Below, in pieces: positions 46,796 through 55,231 of a stretch of DNA of 64,000 nucleotides; position 1 is the stretch's first letter; every line of letters begins with the position of its first letter. The stretch lies in NCBI GenBank assembly GCA_026395965.1, contig JAPLXS010000006.1, positions 233,165-297,164 on the forward strand, given 5' to 3'. The position numbers and the translations under genes were made by a program. Source of the stretch: Candidatus Nomurabacteria bacterium (GTDB lineage Bacteria > Patescibacteriota > Minisyncoccia > Phycocordibacterales > UBA9973). The notes beneath the pieces are model-generated. The model worked only from the letters and a program-made list of their open reading frames with translations. It had not been told where the DNA came from and did not search any database.

Positions 46796-48337
46796 CTAAA
46801 TACCATGTTTTTTATAGAGTTTCACAACTTCATCTTTCTCTAGCTTGTCTTTCTTTTCTTTTCCTCTCTCTCCGAGTATTCTAAGTTCATTATCTCCTAG
46901 TGTATCCAACGATTTAACCATTTCTCCTAAGCGGTCCTTTGTATTCTTTGATGGATCATCTAGTACTTCCTCAAGAAGAGCGCTCAGTATCCATCCCATA
47001 CGAGGACTTGGTTTCACGTGTAACTCATTTATCATATATTCTCCGTCTATAGCTAGCTGACCAACTGATATTGGATCATGAAGAACCTCTTCTATCATTG
47101 CATGGTATTTGCGTAAACGATAAGGCGCTTCTTTCTTTTTCATACCAACTCGGTCACATTCTCTTATTTTCATTAGCTCCCAGATGTTTTCTTTTCCTAC
47201 ATTTACAACCACACGACGAACAGCAGAAAGTGATATCATCTCTGTATCTGAAAAAAACATGTGACTTCGAACGAGTTTCACAACTAAATCAGTAGTTTTT
47301 TGAGAAAACTTTAATCTATTCATTATTTGTTTAGTCATTCGAGCTCCTACAACTTCGTGTCCATAAAATGTGTATTTACCCTTTCCTCCAGCTTTTGTTC
47401 CATCCCATCTTCTGGTTTTAGGTTTTCCAATATCATGAAACAAAGCTGCTAAACGAATTTCAAGCGACCAGTCTTTATTTCCTGCATGACCAAGTGCATG
47501 AAGCAAATGTTCCCATACATCATATATATGTTCACCTTTTTGTTCACAACCAATTCCCTCTTCAAGTTCAGGGATAATATATTTAAGTAGATTAAGTTTA
47601 GAAAGAAGACCAATACCTACGATGGGATTGTCGGACATAATAATTTTTGAAAATTCATCTCTTATTCTTTCGAATGATATATTTTTTATTAGATTAGAAT
47701 TATCTACAACAGCCTGTATTGTTTCATTTGTTAATGCAAAGCCAAGTTGGGTTGAAAAACGTATTGCACGTATCATTCGCAATGCGTCTTCGTTGAATCT
47801 GTCATTTGGATTACCTACAGCTCTTATAATTTTGTCCTTTATATCCTTTTGTCCGTTATAGTAGTCAATAATTTGTCCTTTGTTAGGGTTATAGGAAAGA
47901 GCATTTATAGTAAAATCACGTCTCATAAGATCATCTTCTATCTTTTTGCTAAATTTTACCTCGTCTGGATGTCTAAAATCACTATATTTAGCTTCAATTC
48001 TATATGGGGTAACTTCTACTATATGATATTTTGTTTCAGGTGAAACACTATCAGATGTGGTGTCGGATGTTTCACATGTAACATTTTGAGTAATTTTTGG
48101 TATACAAACACCAACTGTGCCAAATTTATTCTCATAAATTGTTTTTTCAAAAAGTGAAACTATCTCTTCTGGGTTTGCATTTGTAGTAATATCCCAGTCG
48201 TTTGGTTCCCTATTCATTATTAGGTCACGGACACATCCTCCTACAAGAAAAACCTCGAATCCAGAGTTTTCGAGTGTTTCAGTTACATGTGTAACATAAT
48301 TTGGTATTAAGTCGTTATTTATTATGTTTTTTAACAT
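46796..48337 (-). CDS. cca: CCA-adding tRNA nucleotidyltransferase with HD domain (start moved to MLKNIINN to avoid tRNA overlap)
   Basis: Pol-beta motif LVGGCVRDL, HD motif LFHDIGKPK. Confidence 0.8.
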   Translation of the reverse strand: MLKNIINNDLIPNYVTHVTETLENSGFEVFLVGGCVRDLIMNREPNDWDITTNANPEEIVSLFEKTIYENKFGTVGVCIPKITQNVTCETSDTTSDSVSPETKYHIVEVTPYRIEAKYSDFRHPDEVKFSKKIEDDLMRRDFTINALSYNPNKGQIIDYYNGQKDIKDKIIRAVGNPNDRFNEDALRMIRAIRFSTQLGFALTNETIQAVVDNSNLIKNISFERIRDEFSKIIMSDNPIVGIGLLSKLNLLKYIIPELEEGIGCEQKGEHIYDVWEHLLHALGHAGNKDWSLEIRLAALFHDIGKPKTRRWDGTKAGGKGKYTFYGHEVVGARMTKQIMNRLKFSQKTTDLVVKLVRSHMFFSDTEMISLSAVRRVVVNVGKENIWELMKIRECDRVGMKKKEAPYRLRKYHAMIEEVLHDPISVGQLAIDGEYMINELHVKPSPRMGWILSALLEEVLDDPSKNTKDRLGEMVKSLDTLGDNELRILGERGKEKKDKLEKDEVVKLYKKHGI

Positions 48338-48346
48338 TATATTTTG

Positions 48347-48418
48347 TGCCCCTGGAGGGAATCGAACCCCCATCACTGATTCCGAAGATCAGTACTTTAT
48401 CCATTAAGCTACAAGGGC
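48347..48418 (-). tRNA. tRNA-Arg (anticodon UCG)
   Basis: Cloverleaf: acceptor GCCCTTG/CAGGGGC, anticodon loop CTTCGGA, T-arm GGTTCGATTCC. Confidence 0.8.
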
Positions 48419-48855
48419 TTTTCGTTTTTAAACCATTTAAATTCTACCGCAGTTTTCCTTCTGTGGCAATTGGCACACCTAACTTCACACTTTTTGATTT
48501 CTTCTTTAACTTTTTCTAGAGGGTAACGAGATTTCATTAAGGATGAAACAGCTTTAAATTTAATACCTTTATTTTTACTATGATCAAATTCAAGAACAGT
48601 AATATCTGATTCTGCACAATCAACACAAGGGTTATTTAATAAATATTCCTTTACAAAATTATGCATTATAGATTTTAACTCTAGATTTCTTCTTTGAGTT
48701 TTTTCTAGGTAGTAGTTTTTGTTTTTTTGATAATGATTTCTAATTAATTGCCTAGTACATTCTTTACATTGATATTGCAATAAATTTAAAGATCTAATCT
48801 TAAAATTAAACTGATCCTCCGTCTTCATTATCTTACATTTTGTGCATTTACGCAT
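48409..48855 (-). CDS. HNH endonuclease (zinc-finger type), abutting tRNA-Arg
   Basis: CxxC...CxxC, VLEFDH, CANCHRRK. Confidence 0.6.
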   Translation of the reverse strand: MRKCTKCKIMKTEDQFNFKIRSLNLLQYQCKECTRQLIRNHYQKNKNYYLEKTQRRNLELKSIMHNFVKEYLLNNPCVDCAESDITVLEFDHSKNKGIKFKAVSSLMKSRYPLEKVKEEIKKCEVRCANCHRRKTAVEFKWFKNEKPL

Positions 48856-48960
48856 TGAAGTAATTATACTTTATTTAAATTCGAATTACAACATATATTC
48901 GAATTAAAATTGCAAAAAAAAAGATAAAATAGTATACTTAAAAAGTAAAATCATATATTT

Positions 48961-49031
48961 GCGGGATTGGTTTAGTGGTAGAACACGTCCTTGCCAAGGA
49001 TGAGACAGGAGTCCGATTCTCCTATCCCGCA
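48961..49031 (+). tRNA. tRNA-Gly (anticodon GCC)
   Basis: Acceptor GCGGGAT/ATCCCGC, anticodon loop TTGCCAA, T-arm GAGTCCGATTCTC. Confidence 0.8.
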
Positions 49032-49033
49032 CA

Positions 49034-49069
49034 ATAATAAAGACCAGCCTCGGCTGGTCTTTATTATTG
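49034..49069 (+). terminator. Rho-independent terminator after tRNA-Gly
   Basis: aataataaagaccagcctcggctggtctttattatt. Confidence 0.8.
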
Positions 49070-49268
49070 TGCTGAACAAAAAAGCAAACTACCTATTTAG
49101 ATAAATTACATACAATATAATTGAATAATATTCAACCAGATTATATCTACTCAACCTCTACAACAACACAAATATTTAAAGGCCACAAATAATAATATAA
49201 CATTATAAATGTCTTTGATGTTTATGAGTCCTTTATACACAGTAAAAACCCTTAAAAATTAATAATTT

Positions 49269-49277
49269 TGTGGATAA
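49269..49277 (-). promoter_or_regulatory. Perfect DnaA box (TTATCCACA on - strand)
   Basis: tgtggataa in a 465 bp AT-rich ORF-free region. Confidence 0.35.
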
Positions 49278-49534
49278 GTATGTGTGTATTGTTTATAAAA
49301 GACATATTTAAAGATAGAATATTTGAAGGACAAAACAAAAGAACATTTTATTAGCCTTATATTTAAGCATATATTTGAATTTATACCCACACTGAAGATT
49401 CTTGGTGTCCAATAACTAAAAAGTGTTTCACGTGAAACGATATTTAGTGTTACACATGTAACATATCAATAAAATGTCTCTGTTGGTTGTTATGTTGATT
49501 CAATTTATGTTAAAATTTATACATATTATACATA

Positions 49535-49948
49535 ATGTATAAACAAGCTATTTGTATGAAGAATTTTACATCAAATACTCAAAAAATAGGAGAACTTGGT
49601 GAAGGTGTAGCATGTAATTACTTAATTAAACATAGTTTTTTGATTTTAGAGAGAAATTATACTAAGAAATGGGGTGAAATTGATATAATTGCTCAAAAAG
49701 GGGATAAAAGATATTTTATTGAGGTTAAGTCAAAGAATGTATCTAAATTAGATGTTTCACATGTAACAAGTAGGCCAGAAGAGGGTATGCATCCATGGAA
49801 AATGAAAAGATTAAGAAGGGTAGTAGAGACTTATCTTATCAGCAAGCGACTTGGGTATGTAGAATGGCAATTTGATCTACTTGTTGTATATTTGGATATA
49901 TATAATAGAAAGGCAAGGGTAGAGGTAGTGGAGAATGTTATTTTATAG
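49535..49948 (+). CDS. YraN/UPF0102 family endonuclease-like protein
   Basis: GE..A..YL...F.ILERNY....GEIDII......YFIEVKS. Confidence 0.65.
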   Translation: MYKQAICMKNFTSNTQKIGELGEGVACNYLIKHSFLILERNYTKKWGEIDIIAQKGDKRYFIEVKSKNVSKLDVSHVTSRPEEGMHPWKMKRLRRVVETYLISKRLGYVEWQFDLLVVYLDIYNRKARVEVVENVIL

Positions 49949-50133
49949 ATGTGGCTTGGATAAGGGGTAGTCTAGACTACCGTTTCGGGTACTTTTCAAT
50001 TTTGATCAACATTAAACTATGAAAGCATTATATTTAATAATAATCTTGATTACAATAAACAGAAAAGCCTTTCGACTGTCGCCTCTCGGCGCGATTCTCT
50101 AATCGCCTACGCATATATAGCAGTCTGTTTGCT

Positions 50134-50191
50134 ATCCCGCACCATATTAAAAAAACACCTTGATAGGTGTTTTTTTAATATGGTGCGGGAT
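50134..50191. terminator. 26-bp-arm perfect palindrome incorporating the 3' acceptor end of the adjacent tRNA
   Basis: atcccgcaccatattaaaaaaacacc ttgata ggtgtttttttaatatggtgcgggat. Confidence 0.6.
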
Positions 50192-50254
50192 AAGGGAGTC
50201 GAACCCTTCACCACAGTTTGGAAAACTGTTATTTTACCGATAAACTAATCCCGC
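50181..50254 (-). tRNA. tRNA-Gly (anticodon UCC), CCA encoded
   Basis: Acceptor GCGGGAT, anticodon stem ACAGT/ACTGT with loop TTTCCAA, T-arm GGTTCGACTCC, 3' CACCA. Confidence 0.75.
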
Positions 50255-50318
50255 AGTAGATTTATAATAGCAGGTTTTAGAGATTATTTCAAGAAAGGGA
50301 GGGGAGAGATATTGATCA

Positions 50319-50543
50319 AGTGTATGCTTATTGGTTATTGTGTGAACAATAATAAATGCAGGGATATCTTTCTCTTTGAGAAGAGTTGCATATATGTACG
50401 GGAACGCGAGTATGCTTATCGACTACTGCGTAAGCAGGGATATCTTTCTTTACGATAACAGTTGTATGTATAGATGAGAACGTGAGTACGCTTATCGACT
50501 ACCACGTAAACCGGGATATCTTTCTCTACGAGAACAGTATGCC
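50319..50543. repeat. About three imperfect tandem copies of a 76 bp unit between two tRNAs
   Basis: Units begin gagtaYgcttatcgactacYRcgtaa...gggatatctttctYt; both halves of each unit are conserved. Confidence 0.7.
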
Positions 50544-50629
50544 TTTTGTATTTTTTCAAAGCAAAGCTTCTCAAAAATATACAAAAGCCTTTCGATTCCC
50601 GGAAGATTCAACCTCAAGGTTGAATCTCA

Positions 50630-50690
50630 CCCCGACAATAAGTAAAAAGACCACTAATTTATTTAGTGGTCTTTTTACTTATTGTCGGGG
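50630..50690. terminator. 28-bp-arm perfect palindrome incorporating the tRNA-Pro 3' end
   Basis: ccccgacaataagtaaaaagaccactaa ttta ttagtggtctttttacttattgtcgggg. Confidence 0.6.
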
Positions 50691-50755
50691 TGCCGGGAAT
50701 CGAACCCGGCCCTTATGTTCCCAAAACATAGATACTACCGATATACTACACCCCG
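50685..50755 (-). tRNA. tRNA-Pro (anticodon UGG)
   Basis: Acceptor CGGGGTG/CACCCCG, anticodon stem TATGT/ACATA with loop TTTGGGA, T-arm GGGTTCGATTCCC. Confidence 0.75.
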
Positions 50756-50818
50756 AGTTAGTTTATATATCTTAGCATATTTTAAGCAAAAAACAATTTT
50801 TATGTACCAATATTTAGT

Positions 50819-50833
50819 TGCAAATCATTTGCA
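50819..50833. promoter_or_regulatory. 15-bp perfect palindrome TGCAAATCATTTGCA, candidate Fur/Zur-type operator
   Basis: 7-1-7 palindrome 23 bp upstream of the Fur-family gene ATG. Confidence 0.5.
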
Positions 50834-50855
50834 TTTATGTTATCCTTCTTTGTGT

Positions 50856-51299
50856 ATGAATAATACAAGTAAAAATCAAATAAATATAGATACCATATTA
50901 AAGGATAATGGTTTGAAAGTTACTCCTGCTAGGTTATCTATTTTGAATATATTTACTAAAAGTAAATTTCCATTGAATGCTTTTAGTGTTTATAGTGAAT
51001 TAAGTAAAGACAAGAAAAATAAAAATATAAATGAGGCCACAGTTTACAGAACACTATCTTCACTAGAAAAAAATGATATTTTAAAAATTGTTAATTTAAG
51101 AAAAGATTCAGTTTACTTTGAATTAAATAACGATCACCACCATCATATTGTTTGTACTATATGTGGAACAGTTGAAGATTTTAAAGAAAATATAAGTATA
51201 GAAAAAATATTATCAAAAATAATTGAAAAGTCGACTAAGTTTAAAAAAATAAAAGAACACTCCTTGGAATTATTTGGAATTTGTAAGGTTTGTAATTAA
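50856..51299 (+). CDS. zur: Fur-family metalloregulator, probably Zur (start set at MNNTSKNQ to avoid tRNA overlap)
   Basis: DNA-binding helix ATVYRTLSSL, metal sites HHHHIVCTICG...C..C; upstream of ZIP transporter. Confidence 0.75.
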   Translation: MNNTSKNQINIDTILKDNGLKVTPARLSILNIFTKSKFPLNAFSVYSELSKDKKNKNINEATVYRTLSSLEKNDILKIVNLRKDSVYFELNNDHHHHIVCTICGTVEDFKENISIEKILSKIIEKSTKFKKIKEHSLELFGICKVCN

Positions 51300-52056
51300 A
51301 TATTATATGGTAATGAATTATGTATACGCATTTATAAGTGTTTTTATTGTAAGTCTAGTATCTTTTATTGGAGTATTTTCACTAACTTTAAAAGAGGGTG
51401 TTTTAAATAAATATATTAATTTCTTTATAAGTTTGGCAATCGGCGCTTTACTTGGAGATGCATTTATCCATATTATTCCAGAAACATTTAAAAGTAATTT
51501 AGGTTCAAATTTGTCAGGAATACTTATTATTTTTGGTGTTTTATTGTTTTTTATATTAGAAAAATTTATTCATTGGCATCATCATGGTGAAGAAAAAGAT
51601 ATAAATAGTATTCATCCTGTAGGGAAGCTTGTCTTATTTACAGATGGATTCCACAATTTTATAGATGGAGCAATAATAGGAGCAAGCTTTTTAATAAGTA
51701 TTCCAGTAGGTATTGCTTCCACTATTGCTATTGTTTTGCACGAAATCCCTCAAGAAATAGGGGACTTTGCTGTGTTAATTCACTCAGGTTACACAGTAAA
51801 ACGAGCTCTTTGGCTTAATTTTATTTCAGCATTAGCTTCTGTTTTAGGACTTTTGATATTTTATATATTTGGATCTATGGTTCAAAATTCTGTTTTATTT
51901 TTTATTCCTATTGCTGCTGGAGGTTTTATATATATAGCTCTTGCAGATTTGATTCCAGAGCTGCATAAAACTAAAGAAATAAAATATTCATTAATCCAGA
52001 TTGGTATAATAATGCTTGGTGTTCTTGCTATGGCAGCACTTACTTTAATTGAATAA
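51274..52056 (+). CDS. zupT: ZIP-family zinc transporter (ZupT-like); true start may be the internal Met at about 51307
   Basis: HEIPQEIGDFAVLIHSG signature, 8 TM helices. Confidence 0.75.
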   Translation: MEFVRFVIKYYMVMNYVYAFISVFIVSLVSFIGVFSLTLKEGVLNKYINFFISLAIGALLGDAFIHIIPETFKSNLGSNLSGILIIFGVLLFFILEKFIHWHHHGEEKDINSIHPVGKLVLFTDGFHNFIDGAIIGASFLISIPVGIASTIAIVLHEIPQEIGDFAVLIHSGYTVKRALWLNFISALASVLGLLIFYIFGSMVQNSVLFFIPIAAGGFIYIALADLIPELHKTKEIKYSLIQIGIIMLGVLAMAALTLIE

Positions 52057-52074
52057 TTTTTTGTATTTTAACCA

Positions 52075-52114
52075 AAAGAAAAACCACTCGTAGATAGAAT
52101 AGAGTGGTTTTTTC
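52075..52114. terminator. Bidirectional rho-independent terminator
   Basis: aaaaaccactcgtagatagaatagagtggtttttt. Confidence 0.75.
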
Positions 52115-52145
52115 TTAACTTAATTGCTTTATAATAACAATCAAA

Positions 52146-52418
52146 TTATTTAACAGCGTCTTTAAGAGCTTTTGCTGCTCTAAATTTTGGAACTGTTGTT
52201 GCAGCTACTTTAACTTGCTCTCCTGTCTTTGGGTTGCGAGCCATACGGGCTGCACGCGCCTTAACAGAAAAGATACCAATACCTGCTATTGATACTTCGC
52301 CTCCTTTTTTCAAAGTAGCAACGATTGCATCAAAGATTCCATTCACTACTTCTTCAGCTTGAACTTTTGTTCCGCCTAGTTTTTCATGAACGAGTTCTAC
52401 TATTGCTTGTTTATTCAT
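52146..52418 (-). CDS. hup: DNA-binding protein HU
   Basis: 90 aa, MNKQAIVELV...GIGIFSVKARAARMARNPKTGE. Confidence 0.9.
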   Translation of the reverse strand: MNKQAIVELVHEKLGGTKVQAEEVVNGIFDAIVATLKKGGEVSIAGIGIFSVKARAARMARNPKTGEQVKVAATTVPKFRAAKALKDAVK

Positions 52419-52580
52419 TATGTTAATTCTATATTTTTTTTACAAATAAAGAATGTTATTAGAATAATAATTCGACCGTTTTCAAACGATCCCTAATAAA
52501 TAGGTATGATATCATTATATACCAAGGTAATTTTAAAACAAGTGTTTTAGCCTGTTGACATATTTGATAAATGTATCATT

Positions 52581-52630
52581 AAAAAATGCAGTAAATTTTG
52601 TATTAGCAAAATTTACTGCATTTTTTATTT
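52581..52630. terminator. Rho-independent terminator
   Basis: aaaaaatgcagtaaattttgtattagcaaaatttactgcatttttt. Confidence 0.75.
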
Positions 52631-52644
52631 AATTTATAGATTTT

Positions 52645-54168
52645 TTATCTTGCGTATTCAGTGATTCTGTTTTCACGAATCATTGTGACTCTGATTTCAC
52701 CAGGGTAGGTGAGTTCTTGTTCAATCTTTTTTGCTATATCACGAGCCATTTCTTTTGCTTGTAGGTCTGTAACTTTTTCAGGTGTTACAAATATACGTAT
52801 TTCTCTTCCAGCTGATAGGGCATATGACTTTTCTACTCCTTCAAATGTCTTTGTAAGTGCTTCAAGGTCTTGTAAACGCTTGATATAATTTTCAACAGAG
52901 TCACGTCTTGCACCTGGGCGACCTCCTGAAATATGGTCTGCAGCCTGAACGATAACAGCTTCTATGGATTCATGAGGGCAATCATCGTGATGACTCTTCA
53001 TAGATGTGATAATACGGGGATCAGCACCAAACTTTTGAAGTATACGAATACCTATATCTATATGTGTTCCTTGAACTTCGTGGTCTAAAGCCTTACCTAT
53101 ATCATGTACAAGTGCACCTGCTTTAGCTATCTGTACATCTGCTCCTAGTTCAGAAGCAAGCATTCCTGCTATATGTGCCATCTCTATGGAGTGTTGAAGA
53201 ACGTTTTGTCCGTACGATGTACGGAAATAAAGTCTTCCTACTATTGCACAAATACGAGGGTCAAGATTAAAGATTCCACATTCGTATACGGCTTGGTCTC
53301 CTTTTTCTTTTATTATCTTATTTATATCCTCTTGAGCTTTAGCTATAACTTCTTCTATCTTAGCTGGTTGAATTCTTCCATCTAGTATTAAGTTTTCAAG
53401 TGCAAGACGTGCTACTTGGCGGCGTACTGGATCAAAAGATGAGATAACAATAGCTCCTGGTGTTTCATCTATAATAAGTTCAACACCAGAACCTTTTTCA
53501 AATGCACGTATATTTCTTCCTTCTTTTCCAATAATCTTTCCTTTTATGTCATCATTTGGTATAGCTACTGACGTAGTCATCATTTCACTAGCAGTAGATG
53601 CAGCCAAACGATTGATACTAGCAGCAAGAATGTCTTTTGCACGACGATCAAGTTTTTCTGCGTTCAAACTTTCCATCTTTTGCATACGTACAACTAAATC
53701 TTCTTCATATTTTGTTTCAATAGTTTTGAATAAAATATTTTTTGCATCATCAAGAGAAAGCTTTGATATTTTTTCAAGTTCTTTATCTTTTTCTGCTTCC
53801 ATGTTGTCTACTCTTTCTTTAACCTTTTTAACCTCTTCTATTTTGAATTTTATTTTTTCTACTTCTTTATCTATTTCACTTTGGCGTCCATCAAGAAGCT
53901 CATCTTTTTTTATAAGACGATTTTCTGTGTGCTTCCATTCCTCTTCTTTTGCCCGTGTTTCTTTGTTGACCTCATTTAGATGATCCTCTCCTTTTTTCTT
54001 GGCCTCATCAATGACCTTTTGAGCATCTTCTTTTGCAGCTAGCATTATTTTCTTTATCTCAAGATCCATAGAACCTTTTTGACCAAGTGAAACAATGAGA
54101 CGCAAATAATATCCGATACCAGCACCTATTGCTAGAGCTAGAATAGATATGATTATTATTGTTATCAT
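52645..54168 (-). CDS. rny: Ribonuclease Y
   Basis: N-terminal TM, coiled coil, KH domain, HD domain LVHDIGK. Confidence 0.9.
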   Translation of the reverse strand: MITIIIISILALAIGAGIGYYLRLIVSLGQKGSMDLEIKKIMLAAKEDAQKVIDEAKKKGEDHLNEVNKETRAKEEEWKHTENRLIKKDELLDGRQSEIDKEVEKIKFKIEEVKKVKERVDNMEAEKDKELEKISKLSLDDAKNILFKTIETKYEEDLVVRMQKMESLNAEKLDRRAKDILAASINRLAASTASEMMTTSVAIPNDDIKGKIIGKEGRNIRAFEKGSGVELIIDETPGAIVISSFDPVRRQVARLALENLILDGRIQPAKIEEVIAKAQEDINKIIKEKGDQAVYECGIFNLDPRICAIVGRLYFRTSYGQNVLQHSIEMAHIAGMLASELGADVQIAKAGALVHDIGKALDHEVQGTHIDIGIRILQKFGADPRIITSMKSHHDDCPHESIEAVIVQAADHISGGRPGARRDSVENYIKRLQDLEALTKTFEGVEKSYALSAGREIRIFVTPEKVTDLQAKEMARDIAKKIEQELTYPGEIRVTMIRENRITEYAR

Positions 54169-54405
54169 GCGACTTTTTTGTCGCTTTTACAACACAGAGA
54201 TTAGACCACCCGTTTGTATTGGGAGTTTATCAAAACATGTATGATTGATTTAGAACAAAACTGAAAATGGAATGTGTAATTCATAAAAAAATCGATATCG
54301 TGACTGCATTAAAAAAGCTAACATTTAAATATAAACTTTTAAATTTCGATATTATTATAATACTCTAAAAACAGGGTTTTGTCTATGGCAAAGAATTTTT
54401 ATTAT

Positions 54406-54439
54406 AAAAACCCTCTAATCTAGATTAGAGGGTTTTTAT
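54406..54439. terminator. Rho-independent terminator
   Basis: aaaaaccctctaatctagattagagggttttt. Confidence 0.8.
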
Positions 54440-54447
54440 AATTTTAT

Positions 54448-55038
54448 TTACTTTATACTTTTTGGTTTTGATATTATTGCATCCACAATACCATACTTTT
54501 TAGCTTCATCGGATGTCATCCAGTAGTCACGGTCTGAGTCTTTCTCTACTTCATGAATCTTTTTGTTTGTATTTGCAGCGAGAATTTTGTTCAAATTGTC
54601 TTTTGTTCGAAGAATATGTTTTGCGTTGATGGCAATATCTGATGCTTGCCCTTCTGTTCCACCCATAACTTGGTGAATCATAACTTCTGAGTTTGGCAAT
54701 GAAAATCTTTTGCCTTTTTGACCAGAAGAAAGTATTAACGCTCCCATTGATGCAGCGATACCTACACAGATAGTGGACACATCACTTTTAATAAAATTCA
54801 TTGTATCTATGATTGCTAGTCCAGCAGTAACTGAACCGCCGGGCGAGTTTACATAAAGATGGATATCTTTCTTTGGATCTGAATGATTAAGATAAAGAAG
54901 CTGGGCTATTATAAGATTGGCAACATGGTCGTCTATCGGACCACCAAGAAATATTATTCTTTCGTTTAGAAGACGAGAATATATGTCATAAGCTCTTTCT
55001 CCAAATTGTGATTTTTCTATAACTGTGGGTATTAACAT
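54448..55038 (-). CDS. clpP: ATP-dependent Clp protease proteolytic subunit
   Basis: Ser-His-Asp triad context [18 protein letters not shown]. Confidence 0.9.
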   Translation of the reverse strand: MLIPTVIEKSQFGERAYDIYSRLLNERIIFLGGPIDDHVANLIIAQLLYLNHSDPKKDIHLYVNSPGGSVTAGLAIIDTMNFIKSDVSTICVGIAASMGALILSSGQKGKRFSLPNSEVMIHQVMGGTEGQASDIAINAKHILRTKDNLNKILAANTNKKIHEVEKDSDRDYWMTSDEAKKYGIVDAIISKPKSIK

Positions 55039-55163
55039 ATGTATTAGTTTCTAGTAACTAGCTTTTAGTGACTAGAAGAATTAACTGGTAACGTTTTGAT
55101 TATAACATAAAATATTTTTTTTTATATTTTTACAAAATTATTATGGGGTACTCTTGGTGGATA

Positions 55164-55208
55164 AAAAACAACAGAGTTCAACATAAATGTTGAACTCTGT
55201 TGTTGAAA
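55164..55208. terminator. Rho-independent terminator
   Basis: aacagagttcaacataaatgttgaactctgtt. Confidence 0.75.
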
Positions 55209-55231
55209 TATATTCCGTTTCACAGAGGCTA

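Noticed and set aside
48338-48376. N-terminal extension MMGVRFPPGAQNI of the CCA-enzyme ORF
   Set aside because: It overlaps tRNA-Arg. The conserved nucleotidyltransferase sequence begins after the internal Met at 48337.
50124-50137. Duplicated tRNA 3' end fragment (ctatcccgcacca) as an att site of an integrated element
   Set aside because: The copy is inverted, not direct, and forms the other arm of a perfect hairpin with the genuine tRNA 3' end. That is better explained as a palindromic terminator or processing structure than as an integrase-generated direct repeat.
50319-50543. Possible CRISPR array between the tRNAs
   Set aside because: Both the would-be repeat and would-be spacer parts are conserved between units (76 bp tandem duplication). 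There are no unique spacers, no cas genes, and the 158 aa Cas2-fold-like gene is 6 kb away and isolated.
50482-51299. ORFs 50482-50775 (+) and the N-terminal extension of ORF 50682-51299
   Set aside because: They overlap tRNA-Pro and the long palindrome on the opposite strand. The Fur-family protein begins at the internal Met (50856), giving a typical 147 aa length.
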